In this document: piece after piece, positions 19,061 through 27,193 of the stretch | How the letters are laid out: every line of letters starts with the position of its first letter | Numbering within the stretch: the first letter of the stretch is position 1 | Assembly: GCA_964588305.1 (NCBI GenBank) | Contig: CAZPOP010000004.1 | Span: forward strand, 26,470-90,469 | Direction of reading: 5' to 3' | Length of the DNA stretch: 64,000 bases | DNA from: an uncultured Ignavibacteria bacterium | GTDB lineage: Bacteria; Zixibacteria; MSB-5A5; SM1-73 | Notes under the pieces: generated by a model | Database searches by the model: none | What the model was told of the DNA's origin: nothing | What the model saw: only the letters and a program-made list of their open reading frames with translations | Translations under genes and position numbers: made by a program

Positions 19061-19263
19061 GTTCAATCCCTTCAGCAAGAAATGAAGAAGATACAGGCCG
19101 GGCGCCTCGTGCCGGACTTGGTCTCCCCCAAGCCCAGATATCGAAGGAAACCTAGGTTCGAGGCGAACGCGGCGATTCGCTTTCATCGGAGTTGCAGAGC
19201 GTGCCTTGGCTCTCGAGAGGCCCTTGTAGCCGGGCAGACGAGGCCGTCTGAGGGTCTCCGTGC

Positions 19264-19548
19264 TCAGAATCTGATGTCGAAATTCTTATATTCACCCTGG
19301 TAATCTTCCCATTGGATTTCTATGTCCGTCACCTGAGCCGCTCGTGAACCGATCCGCAGTTCCTTGACAAACTCCTGAATTAATCCCCTGTTCCCTTCTA
19401 CCTCCACCTCCACGTCATCAGTATACAGATTTCTTACATATCCTTTTAAACCATATTCATTAGCCTTCCTCATCACGAACCACCGGTAGCCCACTCCCTG
19501 AACCATACCGGATATCAAGAGATGAGCGCTGACCAATTCATCAGTCAT
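19264..19548 (-). CDS. acyP: Acylphosphatase
   Basis: 94 aa with the VQGVGYRWFV motif and GLKGYVRNL. Confidence 0.85.
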   Translation of the reverse strand: MTDELVSAHLLISGMVQGVGYRWFVMRKANEYGLKGYVRNLYTDDVEVEVEGNRGLIQEFVKELRIGSRAAQVTDIEIQWEDYQGEYKNFDIRF

Positions 19549-20011
19549 GCTTCATCACCCTGCTCAAAGCGATCCTGACCGCATCTTCTGCGTCTTCTGC
19601 CTTGATCATCTCTTTCGAGACATCCCAGGTGGAAAGGCCAACTATTGGTTTCCCAAGCGCCAGACAGAATCCGATCTCGGATAGGGTCCCGTACTTTCCT
19701 GGAAGAGCAATCACCGCATCAGAATTTCTGATCACCAGAAGATTCCTCCCCTCCCCCAATCCGGTGACGACCGGAAAATCTATATATGGATTTGCCTGAT
19801 TCTTGTCAATGCCCGGCAGAATCCCAATGGTAGTACCACCTTCCTTTTTCGCTCCCTTGGAGGCGGCTTCCATTACTCCGCCTAATCCGCCACAAACCAG
19901 CACCGCCCCCGCTTTGGCAATCCTCTCCCCTACCTGTTCCGCCAACTCATATATCTTTCCTGAACAATCACCGCCCCCAATTACCCCAATGAAGATTTCG
20001 CTTTCTTGCAT
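19541..20011 (-). CDS. TIGR00725-type Rossmann-fold protein (LOG/DprA-like, SLOG superfamily)
   Basis: IGVIGGG...VCGGLGGVMEAASKGAKKEGGTTIGILPG. The longer 20032 start would be encoded by the heptamer array, so ATG 20011 is preferred. Confidence 0.72.
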   Translation of the reverse strand: MQESEIFIGVIGGGDCSGKIYELAEQVGERIAKAGAVLVCGGLGGVMEAASKGAKKEGGTTIGILPGIDKNQANPYIDFPVVTGLGEGRNLLVIRNSDAVIALPGKYGTLSEIGFCLALGKPIVGLSTWDVSKEMIKAEDAEDAVRIALSRVMKHD

Positions 20012-20015
20012 TTGC

Positions 20016-20050
20016 GGTGAACAGTGAACCATGAACCATTGACTGAATTC
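20016..20050 (-). repeat. Five tandem degenerate heptamers; minus strand reads GAATTCA GTCAATG GTTCATG GTTCACT GTTCACC
   Basis: Read directly; period 7. Fills the gap between the tRNA-Pro 3' end and the ATG at 20011. Confidence 0.6.
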
Positions 20051-20053
20051 ACA

Positions 20054-20127
20054 TCGGGGCGACTGGATTTGAACCAGCGACTCCTTGGTCCCGAACCAAG
20101 TGCTCTACCAGGCTGAGCCACGCCCCG
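20054..20127 (-). tRNA. tRNA-Pro (anticodon CGG)
   Basis: Hand-folded: CGGGGCG/TG/GCTC-AGCCTGGTA-GAGC/A/CTTGG-TTCGGGA-CCAAG/GAGTC/GCTGG-TTCAAAT-CCAGT/CGCCCCG/A. Confidence 0.9.
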
Positions 20128-20193
20128 AAATACTGTAACCTCATAAGTTTATGCTTTCTTTTTGCAAAAGTCAACAGAAATAATTCGGGTGAG

Positions 20194-22131
20194 TTGATAG
20201 CTTTCCCCGACAATTTGCGTTTATTGTTGACATATTGTACCCTCCTAATTATGTTAACAAAAATGACTAGGATTGAAAAAGCCGTGGGCGTAGGCTGTGC
20301 TGCAGTTATTTTGATGCATCTGTTCGCCTCATTTTTCCCTGAATCCAGATTATGGGGGTTGAATTACTTTTTCTATTTTCCACCATATGTTAGATATGCC
20401 ATTTCGTTGGCGGGATTGCTCTTCTTGGTCCCTCCGGTTAACCGGGCGGTGATAGATTGGGTTAAGGGTATCCTGAAGCGACCAAGTGATTGGCTCTCGA
20501 GGATGAGTCGGTACATCAGTTACGCGTTGGGCAGCCTGCTGTGTGTACCGGTCTTTTGGGTTTTCAGGGAAAAAACGCATATTTTGGGAGATGGGAATCT
20601 GCGGGCAACAGAAATCGCGAAAGGGATTGTATTGAGCCCCACCGAGCCGCTGGACGTATTTCTTCACTCGCAAGCTTACCAGTTGTTTCGTTCCTGGTGG
20701 AACTGGGATGAATTCACCACCTATGCTTTCTTAAGCTGCCTGGCCGGTGCCATTTTTGTTTTCTTTACACTTCTCCTCTCCAGGGAAATCGGACAGAGCA
20801 AGAAGGGAAACCTGCTGGTATTGGGCATCATCGCAACCACCGGAGGGATTCAACTTTTCTTCGGCTATGTTGAAAGTTACACCTTTCTTTACGCAAGCAT
20901 AATAGCGTATCTGTTTTTCTGTGTGCGCTATCTGAAAGGAGAATGTTCATTTGCAGCACCGTGTTTAGTCTGCTTGATCAGCTCCAGCCTGCACGTTTCA
21001 GGATTCTTTCTGCTCCCCTCCTTGATCTATCTCTTCATACTGAGGAATAAGAAGGACACTGGGCAGTTCCAGAGGGGATTCGACGCTCGAGGAGTTGTTT
21101 TTATTTTGATCACTCTGTCTTTATCAATAGCCGGAATCTGGATGTTAGGGAGCATGGCGTTGAAGAGTCAGGAAGTCGGCCTGACTCATTTTCTCATTCC
21201 ACCTCTGGGGGAAACGGAGGGATCGTACACTCTTTTCTCCTGTTCCCATCTTCTGGATGTGTTAAACGAGCAATTGCTGATTTTTCCTTTAGCCATCGCG
21301 GTCTGGGCTGCAGTACTGCTTTTCCGGAGAAGAGGAGCAGTCAAAAGAGATAAGATGTCTTGGTTCTTCGCTTCCGTTGCCTTGAGCCTTTCGGTGTTCG
21401 CCGTGCTTGTGGACCCAAAATTGGGCTATGCCAGGGATTGGGATCTTTTCGCGGCATCCGGAATAGGCTATGCGGTTTGGGGAGCGTATTCATTGATTAA
21501 AGTGTTGAAATCAGAGGGATTGAAGAATCTGAACTATGCTGTTTCTGTCCTGATTTTCTCAGGACTCTTGTGTGTCACTCCGTGGGTGTTGGTCAACTCT
21601 TCACCGGATAGGTCTATCCGAAGATTCGAAGATCTCCTGCGTCTGGATAAAGAAAAGAGCGGCTACGGTCGCGAGATTCTAGCTCGTTATTACCAGAGAA
21701 CTAGCAAGTACCGACTGGCCATAAGGCAATATGAGCTTGCCGCACAGATCCAAAGGCACACCAGATATTTTCACGAGAAGGCCACGCTTCATTTCACACT
21801 GGGTGAGTATACCGAGGCCTTGGAGGCGGAAACTCAGGCCTTAGAGATAGATTCGAGTCATGTGGAAACGTACAACAGCAAGGGGGTGATTTTGCAGGCG
21901 ATGGGCTCTTACGAAGAGGCTGAGGAAGTATTTAAGAGGGGGTTGAGGTTAGATCCAGACGCATATCACGTTCATGGTAATTTGGGGAGGCTCTACGGCA
22001 AAATGCGCCGATATCAAGAGGCGCTTGAGCACTTGGAAATGTACCTGAAACTGGCGCCTCACGACCAGACGTACCCTTGGGTGAAACAGGAGGTGCAACG
22101 CTTAAAGACGTTTCTTCAAGAAAAAAGGTGA
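20194..22131 (+). CDS. Polytopic membrane protein with a C-terminal TPR domain (PMT/ArnT-like glycosyltransferase architecture, speculative)
   Basis: About 11 hydrophobic helices followed by TPR repeats (...AIRQYELAAQI..., EALEHLEMYLKLAP). Start uncertain (20194 or ATG 20263). Confidence 0.6.
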   Translation: MIAFPDNLRLLLTYCTLLIMLTKMTRIEKAVGVGCAAVILMHLFASFFPESRLWGLNYFFYFPPYVRYAISLAGLLFLVPPVNRAVIDWVKGILKRPSDWLSRMSRYISYALGSLLCVPVFWVFREKTHILGDGNLRATEIAKGIVLSPTEPLDVFLHSQAYQLFRSWWNWDEFTTYAFLSCLAGAIFVFFTLLLSREIGQSKKGNLLVLGIIATTGGIQLFFGYVESYTFLYASIIAYLFFCVRYLKGECSFAAPCLVCLISSSLHVSGFFLLPSLIYLFILRNKKDTGQFQRGFDARGVVFILITLSLSIAGIWMLGSMALKSQEVGLTHFLIPPLGETEGSYTLFSCSHLLDVLNEQLLIFPLAIAVWAAVLLFRRRGAVKRDKMSWFFASVALSLSVFAVLVDPKLGYARDWDLFAASGIGYAVWGAYSLIKVLKSEGLKNLNYAVSVLIFSGLLCVTPWVLVNSSPDRSIRRFEDLLRLDKEKSGYGREILARYYQRTSKYRLAIRQYELAAQIQRHTRYFHEKATLHFTLGEYTEALEAETQALEIDSSHVETYNSKGVILQAMGSYEEAEEVFKRGLRLDPDAYHVHGNLGRLYGKMRRYQEALEHLEMYLKLAPHDQTYPWVKQEVQRLKTFLQEKR

Positions 22132-22217
22132 TTAACTGAGGATCAGACTTGATTGTCCGTCTCGAGAATGATATCTGACCTGGAAATTTGCCTTATGCGC
22201 AGCTTATCTTGCCCTCA

Positions 22218-23021
22218 TCAGTGCAGGCTTATCCTCGTGGGGAAAGAGTAGATATTCATCTTGCTCCCGCGAGCGAAGCCGACCAGAGTAATTCCCAGCT
22301 TCTGGGCGTTTTTGATCGCTAAGCTGGTGGGAGCGGATCGAGACACGATTATGTTGACTCCGGATCTGGATGCTTTGGCCAGTATGTCAGAGGAGATTCT
22401 GCCACTCAAAAGAAGTACTTTGTCCGCACAGCTTTCCTCCTCTTGAAAGCATTTGCCGAACACCTTGTCCACGGCGTTGTGTCGACCGATATCTTCAAAA
22501 TAGATTATAATCCTCTCTTTGTTTGCTAAGCTGGCCGCATGGACTCCTCCGGTCTTGCGAAAAAGAACTGATCTTTTCTCGAATTCGGTCATCAGTTGTT
22601 GGATCTCCGGAGAGGCTACGGTGGTCTGAAGATCAATCAATATGTCTTTGGCCGGATCAATATCATCAGTGCTTGAAAAGGTTGCTCCTTTTGCACAGCC
22701 GGAGGTCAAGGTTTTAGGCTGCGAAAAGCTGGATGGAAGCCGCCTTTTGGATTTGGTTTGTATTTTGATCTCGCTTTTTCCCGGATCGAAACTGATCGCC
22801 CGGATGTCCTTTTTGTTTTGGATGAACCCTTCAGAAAAAAGAAAACCTACGGCCAGGTGTTCCTGATCTTGCGGAGTACAGAGAAGGGTTATTACCTCTT
22901 TGTCATTTAGAAAAATCGCAAGCGGTGCCTCGGTGGCAACCAGATCCTCGCTCTCCTCCTTTTTGCCCGAGGTGACCTTGATGATCTTTAACCGATCGAT
23001 CCTTTCGTCTTTCTCATTCAT
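22218..23021 (-). CDS. fdhD: Formate dehydrogenase accessory sulfurtransferase FdhD
   Basis: GGVHAAS and GRHNAVDK motifs. 267 aa. Confidence 0.9.
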   Translation of the reverse strand: MNEKDERIDRLKIIKVTSGKKEESEDLVATEAPLAIFLNDKEVITLLCTPQDQEHLAVGFLFSEGFIQNKKDIRAISFDPGKSEIKIQTKSKRRLPSSFSQPKTLTSGCAKGATFSSTDDIDPAKDILIDLQTTVASPEIQQLMTEFEKRSVLFRKTGGVHAASLANKERIIIYFEDIGRHNAVDKVFGKCFQEEESCADKVLLLSGRISSDILAKASRSGVNIIVSRSAPTSLAIKNAQKLGITLVGFARGSKMNIYSFPTRISLH

Positions 23022-23640
23022 TTTCTTCGGCCATTCCGATCCTTAGGCTCTCAGCTCTTTTCAGGTCCGCCTCGGTGTTGATATTGAAAAAGCTCAGATG
23101 CTGTGGGTCCACCCGGTCAATCTCATTTGCCCCAATTTTCTTCACATACAATTCTCCCAGGACCTCGCGCATTCTCAGATTTTGCGTTTGCAGATGTTCA
23201 AACATCACCGGGATGCAATCTTTGGAATATACGGCAAATAAGGGTTCGACCTCTCCGTTGACTTCTGGGATCACCACATCGAACCTATCCCTTTCCTGCA
23301 GGAGCAATCTAATCAAAGCAGGTTTGATAAATGGCATGTCACAAGCCACCACAAAACTACACCTGGATGAAGAAAAACATAATCCGGTGAAGATTCCCCC
23401 CAAAGGACCGCTCTCCTTTATCAAATCCTCCACCACTTGAACACCGAACTTCAGGTAGGCTTGCTTTTGATCGGTGACGATGATGATTTCCGAAAAGATC
23501 TTCTGCAAAACACTCAGGGTGTTCTGAAGTATGCTCTCTCCCGTGGGAAGTTGAATGAAAGCTTTATTTCTGGCAATTCTGCTATTCTTTCCCCCGGCAA
23601 GGATTATACCGCTTGCTTCTATCATGTCTTCGGAGTTCAC
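23014..23640 (-). CDS. mobA: Molybdenum cofactor guanylyltransferase MobA
   Basis: GIILAGGKNSRI N-terminal motif. About 208 aa. Overlaps fdhD by 8 nt. Confidence 0.85.
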   Translation of the reverse strand: MNSEDMIEASGIILAGGKNSRIARNKAFIQLPTGESILQNTLSVLQKIFSEIIIVTDQKQAYLKFGVQVVEDLIKESGPLGGIFTGLCFSSSRCSFVVACDMPFIKPALIRLLLQERDRFDVVIPEVNGEVEPLFAVYSKDCIPVMFEHLQTQNLRMREVLGELYVKKIGANEIDRVDPQHLSFFNINTEADLKRAESLRIGMAEENE

Positions 23641-23709
23641 GTTCCTTTAATGAATTATGCGGAGGAGTGCTGGTCTTAATGCTGAACCGCTTATCTCCTT
23701 TGATCTCTA

Positions 23710-24204
23710 TTATTCTACGAAATGATGTTCCACGAATTCAATTAGGGAATCAATTTGGCTAGGCAGAAAGTAAGGAACCGCAGAAGAAGGGTCGACGTCC
23801 CCTACCACTGCGACTAAATTATCTTCTGTAGAGCAGAGCAATCCCGAATGTTTCTTGGAGTCGAACACCTCAATCTTGGGGAAGACGGAGTTCTTGAAAC
23901 CTTCCCCAATCACCAGATCACAGTCAGCAAATGCGAAATCCAGAAGCTGTTCAAACTTCCTGCTTCTTAAAGTGCGGGAAAAGAGCGCGATTTTAGTGGG
24001 CGAAAGGATGAGGGTAGATTCTGCTCCGGCTTGAGCATGTCTGAAGGAGTCCTTTCCGGGAGTATCGAATTCATGATCCTGCGTGGTGTACTTCATGCTC
24101 CCAATTCTGTGGCCTTTGCTCTTCAGGCCGGTGATCAGATTCTCAATCAGAGTGGTCTTTCCAACCTTCTTTTTGCCCACGATCAACAGGATTTTCATGC
24201 TCAA
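23710..24204 (-). CDS. mobB: Molybdopterin-guanine dinucleotide biosynthesis adaptor MobB
   Basis: P-loop GKKKVGKTT, then HEFDTPGKDSFRH. Confidence 0.85.
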   Translation of the reverse strand: MSMKILLIVGKKKVGKTTLIENLITGLKSKGHRIGSMKYTTQDHEFDTPGKDSFRHAQAGAESTLILSPTKIALFSRTLRSRKFEQLLDFAFADCDLVIGEGFKNSVFPKIEVFDSKKHSGLLCSTEDNLVAVVGDVDPSSAVPYFLPSQIDSLIEFVEHHFVE

Positions 24205-24283
24205 AGAGATAGTTTTTGGTCTTGATATATTCGAGCCTTTTCAGCCCTATTTCCACATCAGCCCGTCCCATAATCCTGATCTC

Positions 24284-24457
24284 TTACTGGGATAGCTTGA
24301 TTTCAATCCGATTGGGTTTCTCTTCAAGCTTAAGGGATGAGATCATCGTCCAGATAGTATTTCCTAATAGGTGAGTGGCAAAGGGATTGAGACAGACATC
24401 TTTTCCATTCACCTTGACCTCTATGGATCGGGCTTCTTCCTTTTCATAGCTTGCCAT
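24284..24457 (-). CDS. Hypothetical 57-aa protein at the head of mobB-mobA-fdhD
   Basis: ORF MASYEKEEARSIEVKVNGKDV... with GGAG 9 nt upstream. No family recognised. Confidence 0.35.
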   Translation of the reverse strand: MASYEKEEARSIEVKVNGKDVCLNPFATHLLGNTIWTMISSLKLEEKPNRIEIKLSQ

Positions 24458-24477
24458 CTTACGCACTCCCGCAAATC

Positions 24478-24513
24478 AAAAGAGGGGGAGGTGAAGTTCC
24501 TCCCCCTCTTTTT
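24478..24513 (-). terminator. Intrinsic terminator (bidirectional form) ending the fdh transcription unit
   Basis: Perfect 11-bp stem AGAGGGGGAGG/CCTCCCCCTCT with a 7-nt loop, flanked by A- and T-runs. Lies 32 nt past the stop at 24545. Confidence 0.65.
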
Positions 24514-24544
24514 AGGTTATAATTCGGGTCTTGGGTCAGAGAGA

Positions 24545-25192
24545 TCAGAACCGATACGCGAAGACTCCCAACACCCAGAAACCTAATGAGAGCAAAAGGA
24601 GTCCCCTGCCGTATGCTCTTTCCCCGATCTCCTGCCACCTGGTGAATGCTGGCGCTATCTTTCTTCCCAGATTGACTCCAGCTATGATGCCCAAGAAGCT
24701 CAGAAGCGCGGCGAAGCTCCCTTGGGTGAAAACCCAACTGAAGAGTCCGGAAAGACCTCTTTCGGCCCAGTAGGGATTGGCGAATATATAAGCTTGAGAA
24801 AGCGAAAAGACCGTATAGTTCACATAGCTTCCCACAAATCCCACCAGTCCCAGATGAACGGGGCGAGACATCCACTCTTTCTTCTCCGCCAGAGAGAAGG
24901 CCAAATCAAATATGGCGGCCTGCGCCACCACTGCAAATATCTGGCAGTAAAAAATCTGGGACAGGCCCAGCAGTTTGATCCCTGCCGCTATCACCCCGAT
25001 GGCCAGGGTGGAACCAGGTTTCCGAATAACCATTCTGCCGGCCGCCAAAATCAATATTCCGACGAAAGCTAGGATGGGAGAACTGGAATGCAAGCCGACC
25101 TTTCGCATGATATCGATCCCCAAGGCTTCCAGACCTCCCCAGATAGACCCAAAGAGTATGATGCCCAAAATCAACTTCTTCTTCTGTGTCAT
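24545..25192 (-). CDS. Unknown polytopic membrane protein (about 6 TM, 215 aa)
   Basis: Hydrophobic throughout. Only two His, so it is unlikely to be a dihaem cytochrome b. Start lies 16 nt after the porin stop. Confidence 0.5.
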   Translation of the reverse strand: MTQKKKLILGIILFGSIWGGLEALGIDIMRKVGLHSSSPILAFVGILILAAGRMVIRKPGSTLAIGVIAAGIKLLGLSQIFYCQIFAVVAQAAIFDLAFSLAEKKEWMSRPVHLGLVGFVGSYVNYTVFSLSQAYIFANPYWAERGLSGLFSWVFTQGSFAALLSFLGIIAGVNLGRKIAPAFTRWQEIGERAYGRGLLLLSLGFWVLGVFAYRF

Positions 25193-25207
25193 GTGCTACT
25201 CCTCCTC

Positions 25208-26368
25208 TTAAAAGGTGATCTGCACCTGAGCTTGCACGACATCGTTGTCGACCTCTCTTTCTTCTTTGACCCACTCGTAGGTCTCTTCGTCAAACACGTT
25301 CTTGTATCCCGGCTCCATTTTGTGGATAAAGTTCAAGTAGAACATGGCATTGATTCCCTCGAGGTAGTAATTCAGGCCTGCGGTTATCCAGGCTTCCTCG
25401 TCATCATCGCATACTTCGCAGATGTCATTTGAGAACGCAGCTGTCCCATAGCCCATGTCGAAGGTAGCCTCCTCATAACTTGCATCAGTGTCGGGATCGT
25501 GAAAATCGTACCGGGCCAAGAATTCCACCTTTGGGTGCGGTTGAACTCCGACGTGAGCGAAAAAGGCCTGACCATCGACGCTGCTGACGGTGTCGATGTG
25601 GCTGGGAGCATATTCGGTGGAAGCCATAAGGAATTCACCTCTAAACTTCAGGGTGAGGTCATCGGTAGCCTTATAATCTACCAGGGCAAACCCGCCGAAA
25701 CGTTTCATCTCCAGTGTCTCTTCGTCGGGGTTTGACACGCCAGTTGGAGGGGCAGCACTGCCGATCCAGGCGTAACCGCCGGCCCTTATTGTGGCCTGAT
25801 CCAGCGGAGGCTTGAACTCTGCGCGCGCCAGGAAGTCCTTAGCATCGTTGTTGTCCGCGAAGTTATTTGCCGGGTATCCGTTGAAGATTCCCAGGTTGAA
25901 ATCCAGATAGTCCGTTTTGGTCGTGCTCTGGATTCCCACCTGTCGCCACACGGCAAATCTCAGCGTGGTTAGAGGATAGTTTATCATCTCCAACTTCGCA
26001 GTTGAATATGGCATATAGATGGTGAAGTTGGGCAAGAACCTACCGAAGGCGATTTCGGTCTGGGGAATATAGAAAAACTGCGCCTTATAGTCCAATACGC
26101 TTATGCTTCCTCTATGATCAAGCTGGACGAAATACTTGACCTTGTCGGGGACAATGACTCCCCAGAAGAGGAAACGGGCCCGGTTCAGAGTGAAGGAGTC
26201 AAAGCCTGCCTCATCCTCCACATTGTAGATGAAGCCCGCCTGAAGTATGCCTCCCACCTTCAAGGTACCTTTACCGACCTTGATCTCAGCCATCTCTGAG
26301 ATGGCTGAGCTTGAGAGTAACAAAGAAAACAGGATACCCACGATGGCTAAAAAGGTGAGTTTTTTCAT
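25208..26368 (-). CDS. Outer-membrane beta-barrel porin (possibly OprO/P-like anion porin)
   Basis: Signal peptide, alternating beta-strand pattern, C-terminal ...QVQITF. Start lies 6 nt after the fdnH stop. Confidence 0.65.
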   Translation of the reverse strand: MKKLTFLAIVGILFSLLLSSSAISEMAEIKVGKGTLKVGGILQAGFIYNVEDEAGFDSFTLNRARFLFWGVIVPDKVKYFVQLDHRGSISVLDYKAQFFYIPQTEIAFGRFLPNFTIYMPYSTAKLEMINYPLTTLRFAVWRQVGIQSTTKTDYLDFNLGIFNGYPANNFADNNDAKDFLARAEFKPPLDQATIRAGGYAWIGSAAPPTGVSNPDEETLEMKRFGGFALVDYKATDDLTLKFRGEFLMASTEYAPSHIDTVSSVDGQAFFAHVGVQPHPKVEFLARYDFHDPDTDASYEEATFDMGYGTAAFSNDICEVCDDDEEAWITAGLNYYLEGINAMFYLNFIHKMEPGYKNVFDEETYEWVKEEREVDNDVVQAQVQITF

Positions 26369-26373
26369 TTAGT

Positions 26374-27192
26374 CTATCCCTCCTCCGTTTTTGTAACCAG
26401 ATCATCCTTTTTGTCTTTAACTTCTTTCACTTTCCCTAAAACGATTCCCACCAGAGCGGCAGTCAGGGTTAAAGTGCCGAAAGGCTTCAAAAGGTCGTGG
26501 AACAAGCCCAGATCCTCGGATACCTGGGGATCTTTGGGAAGGTCTGGATAGAGGTCCAGAGGTTCCGGAAGGACAAATATCTTCTTGGTTCCGGTTCCCA
26601 ATTCCTTCTCGCCGTAAATCACCGGCTGTCTTCCCTTTTTGGTCAGCCTTTCCACAGCCTTGTAGGCCATTTGTACAATCTTGTCCCGATCTCCAAAGAC
26701 CAGGCAATCGGTGGGACATGCCTTGGCACAGGCCGGCTCTAAGCCGTTTCCCGTTCGGTCGAAGCAGAAGGTACACTTGGTGGATTTTTCCGCTTGGGTG
26801 TCGATCACGGGAATGGTGAAAGGACAGTATTCCCGGCATGCTCCGCAGCCAATGCATAGCTCGCGGTTAACGTATACGGCTCCGGTCTTTTTGTCGTGGG
26901 TCATGGCCTTCACCGGAGTCACCGGGCAAGCCTTGACGCAAGCCGGATCGACGCACTGCATGCAGCGGTGCACCCGGAAGAGCCATTTTAGCTTATCCTT
27001 CTCCTCCTTCTCGTGAAACTTGACCAAGGTGTAGGTGGAGGGGGAGAGCCCAATGGGGTTCTGATATCCTCCGGCCGCCGCGAAAAAGGTGGTCTTCTCT
27101 GCGGGAAGTTCGTTCCACTGCTTGCAGGCCACCTGACAAGCCCGGCAGGCTATGCATTTTTCCATATCCAATAGCAATGCTTTTTCTGCCAT
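26374..27192 (-). CDS. fdnH: Formate dehydrogenase iron-sulfur subunit (FdnH/DmsB family) with a C-terminal TM anchor
   Basis: Four Cys clusters (CIACRACQVAC, CMQCVDPACVKACP, CIGCGACREYCP, CTFC...CAKACP) and the hydrophobic tail LTLTAALVGIVLG. ATG 27192 sits immediately after the fdnG stop. Confidence 0.85.
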   Translation of the reverse strand: MAEKALLLDMEKCIACRACQVACKQWNELPAEKTTFFAAAGGYQNPIGLSPSTYTLVKFHEKEEKDKLKWLFRVHRCMQCVDPACVKACPVTPVKAMTHDKKTGAVYVNRELCIGCGACREYCPFTIPVIDTQAEKSTKCTFCFDRTGNGLEPACAKACPTDCLVFGDRDKIVQMAYKAVERLTKKGRQPVIYGEKELGTGTKKIFVLPEPLDLYPDLPKDPQVSEDLGLFHDLLKPFGTLTLTAALVGIVLGKVKEVKDKKDDLVTKTEEG

Positions 27193-27193
27193 C

